Of a stretch of DNA of 24,000 nucleotides, positions 17,593 through 24,000 are shown piece after piece (position 1 is the stretch's first letter; each line of letters starts with the position of its first letter). Below the pieces are notes generated by a model that saw only the letters and a list, made by a program, of their open reading frames with translations, was not told the origin of the DNA and did not search any database. The stretch covers positions 2,158,120-2,182,119 of the forward strand of contig NC_015589.1 of assembly GCF_000215085.1 (NCBI RefSeq). Reading direction: 5' to 3'. Both the position numbers and the translations under genes were made by a program. Source of the DNA: Desulforamulus ruminis DSM 2154 (GTDB taxonomy: Bacteria > Bacillota > Desulfotomaculia > Desulfotomaculales > Desulfotomaculaceae).

Positions 17593-18083
17593 ACTGTTTG
17601 CTCTTTGTCACGTTATTTCTGAATACCGATTACCGATACGAGGTTAGGATCTGTCCCTTTCATTCATCTCATTCCCTTTGACGCAGATCGCCCTAAGGAC
17701 AAGAATGACGCCCTATCATTTAAATAAAATGGGAAAAAGTTTGTATCTAAAAGGATGCCCATGAGTAAGAAAATTTAAATCGTGGTAGTTATCTCTATGA
17801 TTCAATAACCATAAGAAAAAGCTACAGTTGAAAAAATATCAGTGGCTTAAAGGTGATTTCAAGTAAATTATTTGGCCGTCGGCTTTGGCTTTAGCATCTT
17901 TAGCATTCTTTTCAATCCTCGATCCTTGGTTATGTTTCCTTACGGTACCCTGGGGGTTAATTTAATCTGGCTTACATCCTCTTAAGCACCGTCCTGGATC
18001 AATCTTTGCTTATTTAGATTATCTCCTGGGAAAAGTTTTTAAGAAGAGTAAAGAAGGAAACCGCGGGGACAATTGAAAAGAGC

Positions 18084-18131
18084 GCTAAAAACTAAAATCG
18101 AAGGCGAGTGGGTTATTTCCGCCTTCGATTT
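18084..18131 (-). terminator. Rho-independent terminator of the 28-codon ORF
   Basis: Perfect 12-bp stem AAATCGAAGGCG/CGCCTTCGATTT (18095-18106/18120-18131), followed on the minus strand by UUAGUUUUUAG. Confidence 0.75.
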
Positions 18132-18132
18132 C

Positions 18133-18219
18133 TTACTCTCTATCCTGTTCTTCTGTGCGGCTTATTTTCTCCAAGCCAATGTCCTCAAGGATTTTGTTAA
18201 TTAATTCTGTAGACATCAT
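18133..18219 (-). CDS. Small acidic protein, 28 aa (MMSTELINKILEDIGLEKISRTEEQDRE), function unknown
   Basis: It is too short for the ORF track. A GGAAGGAGGG SD lies 4 nt upstream of the ATGATG, it has its own promoter, and a terminator starts 1 nt after the stop codon. Confidence 0.5.
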   Translation of the reverse strand: MMSTELINKILEDIGLEKISRTEEQDRE

Positions 18220-18233
18220 CGACCCTCCTTCCT

Positions 18234-18276
18234 GATATTATTATATCATAATATCACAGGATGGCTGATAGGTCAA
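18234..18276 (-). promoter_or_regulatory. Promoter (TTGACC-17-TATTAT) plus an 8-bp inverted repeat for the small ORF
   Basis: On the minus strand, TTGACC at 18276-18271 and TATTAT at 18253-18248. The inverted repeat GATATTAT-6 nt-ATAATATC spans 18255-18234 and overlaps the -10 box and the start site. Confidence 0.5.
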
Positions 18277-18344
18277 TATAAAATAATTGTCATTAACCTT
18301 TTAACTTCCCTGCAGGACGTTATATAAAACCGATTCCTCTGCTG

Positions 18345-19835
18345 TTATATGGAAACCTTCCGTTTGCCGCGTATTTTGCCTTTGGCTGCCGTCCCTTTAT
18401 TCTCCTGCTGTCTGCCGCGGTTCTCTTTATGGTATTGCTTGGGGCGGGGCTTTGGTACATGGGTTTTCTTGACACGCAGGGGTTTTTCCTCTGTCAATTG
18501 AACAGGCGAACGATCGGGCTCCCTGGTTAGACTTTTTAAAGCTGCGGCCAGAAGGGTCACCGAATCGGTTTCCGCCAATAGTTCCTCAGCCAATTTATAG
18601 TAGTGCTGAAAATCTCCTTCTTCAACAATTTTTAGTAATCTCTCCACCGTCAGACGCTGCTGCCCTTCAATGGTCTCTTTCATTGTAGGCACGGACTGCC
18701 GGGTAATCTTTCGTTTAGTAATATTTTCAATCATTCTTAAATGATGAATTTCCCTGGGAGTAACAAAGGTTATGGCTTCCCCTTTTTTACCCGCGCGCCC
18801 GGTTCGCCCGATGCGGTGGACATAGCCCTCGGGGTCCTGGGGGATGTCAAAGTTATAAACATGGGTTACACCGCTGATATCCAATCCCCGTGCCGCCACA
18901 TCCGTGGCCACCAGAACGTCAATGGTCGCCTCTTTAAACTGACGCAGGACACTATCCCTTTTGGACTGGGAAAGATCCCCATGAATCCCTTCGGCTGAAT
19001 AGCCCCGTTTATTTAAGGCTTCATAAAGTTCATCCACCCGGCGTTTGGTACGGCCAAAAACAATGGCCAATTCCGGTGATTGAGTATCCAAAAGCCGGCA
19101 GAGGGCTTCAAACTTTTCTCTTTCCTGAACCTCAATGTAGCTTTGATCAATGCTGGGTACGGTCACTTCCTTGGCTTTAATACTAATAAATTCCGGATCT
19201 TTTAAAAAGCGCTGGGCCAATACCTGGATGGGTTTAGGCATGGTGGCTGAGAAAAGAAGACTCTGACGCTCCTCCGGAATCTCCTGCAGAATGGCTTCAA
19301 TATCCTCGATGAATCCCATATTCAGCATCTCGTCCGCCTCATCCAGGACCACCATCTTAATCCCCTGCAGGCGCAGCGTCCTTCTGTCCATATGATCCAT
19401 CAGCCGGCCCGGAGTACCAACAATGATATGAGGCCTTTTCTTCAAAGCCTTAATCTGCCGGTTAATATCCTGACCACCGTAAATCGGCAGGGTACGAATG
19501 CCTTTTATTTGGCCGATGCGGTTTAACTCCTCGGCCACTTGAACCGCCAACTCCCGGGTGGGAGTAATGACCAGGCCCTGAACCCGATCTGCTTCTTCTT
19601 CAAATTTCTCAACCATGGGAACACCAAAGGCAGCGGTCTTCCCGGTTCCCGTATGGGCCTGTCCAATCAAATCCCTTTGCTGAAGGGCAACGGGTATGGT
19701 TTTTTCCTGAATGGGTGTGGCCTCTTCGAAACCCATGTTGGCCAAGGCCTGGAGCAAAGATTCACTTAACCCCAACTCATAAAAGTATGTCATAAATAAA
19801 AACACGCCTCTCTTCTGACTAGTAAAAGCTGACAC
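18345..19835 (-). CDS. cshA: DEAD-box ATP-dependent RNA helicase, CshA-like
   Basis: Q-motif [34 protein letters not shown], and a basic C-terminal tail. The likely true start is the ATG at 19793 (MTYFYELGL...). The upstream GTG has no SD. Confidence 0.93.
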   Translation of the reverse strand: MSAFTSQKRGVFLFMTYFYELGLSESLLQALANMGFEEATPIQEKTIPVALQQRDLIGQAHTGTGKTAAFGVPMVEKFEEEADRVQGLVITPTRELAVQVAEELNRIGQIKGIRTLPIYGGQDINRQIKALKKRPHIIVGTPGRLMDHMDRRTLRLQGIKMVVLDEADEMLNMGFIEDIEAILQEIPEERQSLLFSATMPKPIQVLAQRFLKDPEFISIKAKEVTVPSIDQSYIEVQEREKFEALCRLLDTQSPELAIVFGRTKRRVDELYEALNKRGYSAEGIHGDLSQSKRDSVLRQFKEATIDVLVATDVAARGLDISGVTHVYNFDIPQDPEGYVHRIGRTGRAGKKGEAITFVTPREIHHLRMIENITKRKITRQSVPTMKETIEGQQRLTVERLLKIVEEGDFQHYYKLAEELLAETDSVTLLAAALKSLTREPDRSPVQLTEEKPLRVKKTHVPKPRPKQYHKENRGRQQENKGTAAKGKIRGKRKVSI

Positions 19836-20022
19836 AAATGAATTTAATTTTTATTTTCTTATCCCCGGTACATATGATTTCCATTTTCAGGGATACTTAC
19901 TCCTTCCCTCTTTACTCATGCAGAAAGCCTCAGTATTTTATGTGAATTTTTTGCTTAAATTGTTATTAACCTTGATAATCTCCTTTAGGGATTTACCAGT
20001 TTATGACGAACGGGATAAAAGA

Positions 20023-20802
20023 TCAGCGTGATAATAATTTCCTGGCATTCTCCCCGAGGATTCCCCGATACTCATGGTCCTTTAAATTCAACCCGTCTAA
20101 ATATTGGGATTCTTTTAAAGGATCACTGATGGGATAATCGCTGCCTAACAAAATCCGTCGGTAACCATGTTCCCGAATCATTTGTTTAAATTTTTCCGGC
20201 GCTAAAAAACCCGCACTGCTGGAAGTATCAAAATATACCTCTCTGCCAACCAGATGTTCCAAAGCCTGATCCCACATCTGCCAGCCGCCCATATGGGCAG
20301 CCACAAACTGCATGCCGGGAAAAAGATCCAATATTCGAGACATTCTTGTCGGTGAAGAGAAATCCTTTCTAAAAGGCGTATCTCCCACGTGGAAAAGAAC
20401 AATAAAATCTGAAACAATTCTTTCATACATGGACAGCGCCTTGGGGTCGTCCATATAAAATTGTTGAAAATTAGGATGAAACTTAATCCCTTTAATGCCG
20501 GCTCGCTTTAATTTTTGGATTTCCCCGTCAATATCCTGGTAATCCGGGTGAAGGGTTCCGAATCCAATCAAGGGGCCCTTGGTATTGCGAATGGCCCAGT
20601 CATTGGCTATTTTTACCTGGGCAGGAACGGTGGCCACAGTAAAAAAGACCGCTGCATCCACCCCCTGGCGCTGGATCAAATTTTGATACTCCTCCAGGGT
20701 CCCTTGATAGGGAACGTCAACTTCATAATAATCGGCCAGTTGATGAGTCACCTTAAAAGCAATACTTTCGGGAAAAAAATGAGCGTGCATATCTATAAAC
20801 AA
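20023..20802 (-). CDS. Amidohydrolase-2 (PF04909-like) TIM-barrel metal-dependent hydrolase
   Basis: 259 aa. It has an N-terminal FIDMHAHFF metal-binding motif, and later HVGD, AAHMGG and LGSDYP motifs. TTG start with a GGAGGAGGATAGGGGG SD region. Confidence 0.8.
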   Translation of the reverse strand: MFIDMHAHFFPESIAFKVTHQLADYYEVDVPYQGTLEEYQNLIQRQGVDAAVFFTVATVPAQVKIANDWAIRNTKGPLIGFGTLHPDYQDIDGEIQKLKRAGIKGIKFHPNFQQFYMDDPKALSMYERIVSDFIVLFHVGDTPFRKDFSSPTRMSRILDLFPGMQFVAAHMGGWQMWDQALEHLVGREVYFDTSSSAGFLAPEKFKQMIREHGYRRILLGSDYPISDPLKESQYLDGLNLKDHEYRGILGENARKLLSR

Positions 20803-20845
20803 TCTCTTTACCCCCTATCCTCCTCCATAGAATCTTCTATAAAAA

Positions 20846-20880
20846 ATCTTTAAAAACAGAAAAAACCCCTTGGCAGGGGC
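20846..20880 (-). terminator. Intrinsic terminator ~45 nt upstream of the amidohydrolase start
   Basis: On the minus strand, GCCCCU / GCCA / AGGGGU followed by UUUUUCUGUUUUU. Confidence 0.7.
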
Positions 20881-20957
20881 TTTTTATCCAGGGAATAAAT
20901 ATAGCGTTTAACTTCGCCAAAAATCAAAAAGAAACAAACCTACCGTACTAAAATAAT

Positions 20958-20986
20958 ATTATACGATAAGAACCTTGGCTTAACAA
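20958..20986 (-). promoter_or_regulatory. Candidate promoter (TTGTTA-17-TATAAT) between TauE and the terminator
   Basis: On the minus strand, TTGTTA at 20986-20981, an exact 17-nt spacer, and TATAAT at 20963-20958. Confidence 0.5.
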
Positions 20987-21074
20987 GACTAAATATGGCA
21001 ATGGTCATATTTTATACCAATCTTTTTTAAATATCCAATAAACTAAAGATCTTTTAAGCTGCTTAGCAGAAACG

Positions 21075-22046
21075 CTAGGGTAAGAAATATTGAGCAATGT
21101 AACTAAAGGCAAGGAATAAAACCAATAGGCAAAGAACGGTTTTAATGATTTTATCCGGAAGAAATTTTTGTATCCTTGCTCCCACATAGGTCCCCAACAA
21201 GCCACCCACACCAAACAAAGTTCCCAGCAACCAGTCCGGCGCAATGGCAACACTGCCGGCTATGGAGGTTGCAGCCAGGAGGTGATAGTAAGCAACCCCG
21301 GCGATGGAGGTGATCAATGTCCCGGCCAGAGCGGCACCGGCCACCGTATAAATAGGTAATCCTAAAACAGCCACACAAAAAGGTGAAATAATGGCCCCTC
21401 CCCCAATGCCGTAAATGCCGCCAATCAACCCCACCGCCAGGGACAGGGTTAAAATAGCCAAGGTGCTGAAGGAATAGGTTTCACCCCAGAATTCATACTC
21501 AACCCTGCGTAAAGAAATGGATTTGGTTTTGACAACCGCCTCCGCAGGCAAACCGGCAGCCAAACGACGGGTATTCTCTACTCTCAGTTTGGCGATTTGC
21601 TCAGCAAATTTCTTTTGCATAATTTTGTTTTGTTCTTTCATCTTTTTATTCCAACCCGCTACTTCCGACAGCAGCCGGTAGCCAAGATACAAAAGAACAA
21701 GGCCCACGAACAATTTAAAGGTCCCGGGATCCGGTAAATATAATATTCTTATCCAGGCGCCGAAAAACACACCGGGCAGCGTACCCAAAACAATAGCCCA
21801 GGTAAGGGGCCAGGCCATTCTTCCTTCCCGGATATACCGGTACAGCCCTCCCGGGATAGCCACAATATTATAAATCATGTTGGTTGGACTTACGGAAGGA
21901 CTTGTATAGTGCAGCACGCTCATTTGAAAGGGCAGCAGTAAAAACGCCCCGGAAACTCCTGCGGAAGCGGTGACGGAAGAAACCAGGAAGGCCACCAGCG
22001 GTGGTATAAAGGGCAGCACATCAATCCCGGATACCGGAAAATGCAT
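21075..22046 (-). CDS. TauE/SafE-family (sulfite exporter-like) membrane protein with a long central soluble loop
   Basis: Hydrophobic repeats with Gly-rich TM helices (GLIGGIYGIGGGAIISP). The ATG at 22046 has an AAGGGG SD 8 nt upstream, while the track GTG at 22055 lies inside that SD. Confidence 0.85.
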   Translation of the reverse strand: MHFPVSGIDVLPFIPPLVAFLVSSVTASAGVSGAFLLLPFQMSVLHYTSPSVSPTNMIYNIVAIPGGLYRYIREGRMAWPLTWAIVLGTLPGVFFGAWIRILYLPDPGTFKLFVGLVLLYLGYRLLSEVAGWNKKMKEQNKIMQKKFAEQIAKLRVENTRRLAAGLPAEAVVKTKSISLRRVEYEFWGETYSFSTLAILTLSLAVGLIGGIYGIGGGAIISPFCVAVLGLPIYTVAGAALAGTLITSIAGVAYYHLLAATSIAGSVAIAPDWLLGTLFGVGGLLGTYVGARIQKFLPDKIIKTVLCLLVLFLAFSYIAQYFLP

Positions 22047-22212
22047 TTTTAGCACCCCTTTCTTATTTCCATTCAGGAGTTCAATAGCATTTAACTAATT
22101 CGTCAATCCCTGGACGAAATTTCTTTAATCTATTTGCATCGCGCATATAGATTTTTTATAAAAATACTAAAGATTCATAAATATGTCAATAGCCTTTTAA
22201 CATCCCATGAGA

Positions 22213-22428
22213 TTATTCCATCCACTCTGTAAAGGGCCTGAACAAGGCTTCAATGGCGTGATTAGGATTCGGCAGGGCAACTCCCATTACCTGCAGCAGG
22301 GCCAGAGTAAAGCCAAGGATTAAAAAAAAGCTAAAGGCAGCCAGTTCCCGCCAGGCTTTTTTCTTTACAAGACCCGGCACCTCAAGGAAAACAATGACGC
22401 CAAAGGCTAAGACGATGAGTATAATCAT
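22213..22428 (-). CDS. Small 2-TM membrane protein downstream of gerXC; possible germinant-receptor D-type subunit
   Basis: 71 aa counted from the ATG at 22428 (AGGAG SD 7 nt upstream). It has two hydrophobic helices and lies 33 nt after the GerXC stop on the same strand. Confidence 0.5.
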   Translation of the reverse strand: MIILIVLAFGVIVFLEVPGLVKKKAWRELAAFSFFLILGFTLALLQVMGVALPNPNHAIEALFRPFTEWME

Positions 22429-22461
22429 TTCAGAACTCCTATACATACAGAATGCTTGGCG

Positions 22462-23655
22462 TTAATCTTCCAGGCTGGTTCTTCTTCTTTGCAGCCCGGT
22501 GCTTTGCAGCTTGGCCTCCGCGGAAATGCTGACTTCTGAATTAACGAATTCCTCGTCCCAGTGATCCTTCATTTCTTTCCATTCTTTTTTATATTTGCGG
22601 TGAAAAACCTCTCCGAAGTCAAAAATATCCACGCCATATACCTCCTGGGCCTTCTCCAAAGCTCCGGTGGACTTGGCAATAATGTTCTCCTCCGCTTTCC
22701 TTTCTAAGGCTGCGATTTTTTCCAAATTAAAGAGTTCTTCCTTTGACTGCTGCTCCAGCAAATTCATTTCACAGGTCATGGAGACTTTAAAATGAATGGT
22801 TTGTCCGTCATAATAGGGTTCCACTTTGGTTTGGGCACGAACAACATTCAGAGAAAGCAGTTTGTCCGGCTCCCCCGGTGAGGGTATGGTAATGGTTCCT
22901 TTTTCTATCTCTCCCCGCAGCCATAACAGCCCCCTGGTTTCCGCAAGATCCAACCAGCCAATGAGCTTTTCGTCTTTAAATACCCCTGTTCCGGTAATGG
23001 CCAGTTCCTCATGTTGAGGCGCTTCTTCCAATCCCGGTCCCTGGGGCTCTCCTTCAGGCTTTAATTCAATAACCGGGGCAAGGGGATTGGTTGCTTTGGA
23101 AGCAAGGTCTATAATAAAATCTTTCAAAATCACTGAAAAGGCCACCTGGTTCCTGGCCAGATAACCCGCGGACTGTGCCGATGTTCTTTCCAGCTCCGAA
23201 TGGCTTTCCAAAACCCTCTTCGCTTCCCCCCGGGTGACAAAAACCCAGGCAGTCTCACGGGGCTCCGGATTGCGTACGAAAAAATTAGTGACATGCCGGA
23301 CGCCTTGTTTCGCCATTTCCTCCCCCAGCACCAGAATAATGCTGTGTCCCCAGTAAAGTCTCCGGTCTACCGTTAGAGCTAATTTCCTCTCTGCTTCAAA
23401 AATAGTATCCCCCACTGCGGATACCACCCAGACGATATTTTGTTTCAACTGGCTTCCGCCGCCGGTCTCCGAACCGCTGCTAAAGGCGGAAGGCCTGGCC
23501 AACTGAAGGGTAATGCGAACTTTCTTATCCGGGGTTAAGTCAACCCCGGCCCCCAGTACAATGGCCAGATCACTGATCTCCCGGCGGCTCCAGCAGCCGC
23601 TGAGCAAGACCAGTACCAGTATCAGGATTAAAAAGGAAATCCTTTTTTTATTCAT
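22462..23655 (-). CDS. Spore germination protein, Ger(x)C-family lipoprotein
   Basis: Lipoprotein signal MNKKRISFLILILVLVLLSGC followed by WSRREISDLAIVLGAGVD, typical of GerAC-family proteins. AAGGAGGGAAG SD. The 56-aa N-terminal extension in the track overlaps the upstream gene and is rejected. Confidence 0.88.
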   Translation of the reverse strand: MNKKRISFLILILVLVLLSGCWSRREISDLAIVLGAGVDLTPDKKVRITLQLARPSAFSSGSETGGGSQLKQNIVWVVSAVGDTIFEAERKLALTVDRRLYWGHSIILVLGEEMAKQGVRHVTNFFVRNPEPRETAWVFVTRGEAKRVLESHSELERTSAQSAGYLARNQVAFSVILKDFIIDLASKATNPLAPVIELKPEGEPQGPGLEEAPQHEELAITGTGVFKDEKLIGWLDLAETRGLLWLRGEIEKGTITIPSPGEPDKLLSLNVVRAQTKVEPYYDGQTIHFKVSMTCEMNLLEQQSKEELFNLEKIAALERKAEENIIAKSTGALEKAQEVYGVDIFDFGEVFHRKYKKEWKEMKDHWDEEFVNSEVSISAEAKLQSTGLQRRRTSLED

Positions 23656-24000
23656 GACTTCCCTCCTTCTTACCCCGGAGCCAGGCAATAACCAGCAGCA
23701 GCAGGGGAATACCCACCTCGAAGATGGACAGAGCATAAGCCGGCCAAACCTGAGACAAGAACAGCAATAAATCCAGAATATTGGAGTTGAGAAACATGGA
23801 CAAGGCCACCAGGGTAGCGCCAATGGGAAGCACCAGCGGACGGTAGTCCTTCAGTTCCAATATCTGGGCAGTGCCCAAAACCACTACCCAAAAAAAAACA
23901 GAGATTTTAATAAATCCTCCGGTAACCCAGACGCCCATAACAAAAGGTTCCATTCTTTCTATAAAATTGGCAATGCTGATGATCCTGGCATTGTTCAGGG
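23648..24000 (-). CDS. Spore germination protein, GerAB/GerKB-family permease, C-terminal part (the N-terminus is off-window)
   Basis: The frame is open to the window edge. The sequence ...FIERMEPFVMGVWVTGGFIKISVFF...LKDYRPLVLPIG... is characteristic of the family, and it overlaps the gerXC start by 8 nt. Confidence 0.8.
   Translation of the reverse strand, partial: LNNARIISIANFIERMEPFVMGVWVTGGFIKISVFFWVVVLGTAQILELKDYRPLVLPIGATLVALSMFLNSNILDLLLFLSQVWPAYALSIFEVGIPLLLLVIAWLRGKKEGSHE

Noticed and set aside
17664-17762. 32-codon minus-strand ORF beginning MGILLDTNFF, reminiscent of a PIN/VapC N-terminus
   Set aside because: Only the LLDTN motif matches. It has no SD, no upstream antitoxin ORF, and no continuation in other frames. 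At best it is a remnant.
21005-21253. 82-aa minus-strand ORF overlapping the 3' end of the TauE gene, together with ORFs 21151-21378 and 21168-21359
   Set aside because: They are alternative frames or strands of a well-supported membrane-protein gene and have no independent signals.
23656-23823. 56-aa N-terminal extension of the GerXC ORF in the track, together with overlapping ORFs 23670-23891 and 23513-23770
   Set aside because: The extension overlaps the GerXB coding frame. The lipoprotein signal peptide and strong SD define the start at 23655.

Overview
This 24-kb chromosomal window looks like it comes from an anaerobic, spore-forming, selenocysteine-using Firmicute (Clostridia/Peptococcaceae-like). 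That placement is inferred from gene content only. About 23 genes are present, mostly on the minus strand.

Gene content, left to right:
- a partial PFL2-type glycyl radical enzyme (GRE) with a GntR/FCD regulator
- rsgA
- a secreted protein with a copper-amine-oxidase-N-type domain
- a frameshifted IS110-family element with a long, structured 5' non-coding end
- a DsbA/FrnE-like gene whose first CxxC cysteine is an in-frame TGA (probable selenoprotein; the ORF track truncates it)
- gap, preceded by a strong intrinsic terminator in its leader and by a GlpP-family antiterminator gene
- an HD-domain protein
- a three-gene operon: COG0701 permease, TIGR03943/DUF1980 protein, and a degenerate membrane-anchored CobW-like P-loop protein
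- pflB, carrying a ZTP (pfl-motif) riboswitch, and pflA, split by a self-contained TetR-SMR cassette
- a CadC-like ArsR regulator beside about 0.8 kb of ORF-poor DNA
- a 28-codon ORF with a full set of expression signals
- cshA
- an amidohydrolase preceded by a promoter, a ~100-nt segment and a terminator
- a TauE/SafE permease
- the B, C and small D-like genes of a spore germinant receptor

I found no rRNA, tRNA or CRISPR array, and I see no clear new multi-gene system such as a defence island.

The most noteworthy points are:
- the Sec-recoded DsbA-like gene
- the GlpP-plus-terminator arrangement in front of gap
- the candidate bridge-RNA region of the IS110 element
- two leader/terminator units that match no riboswitch class I recognise
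- the GRE with a Glu-less Cys loop

All homology calls come from reading the translations by eye. No database search was run.
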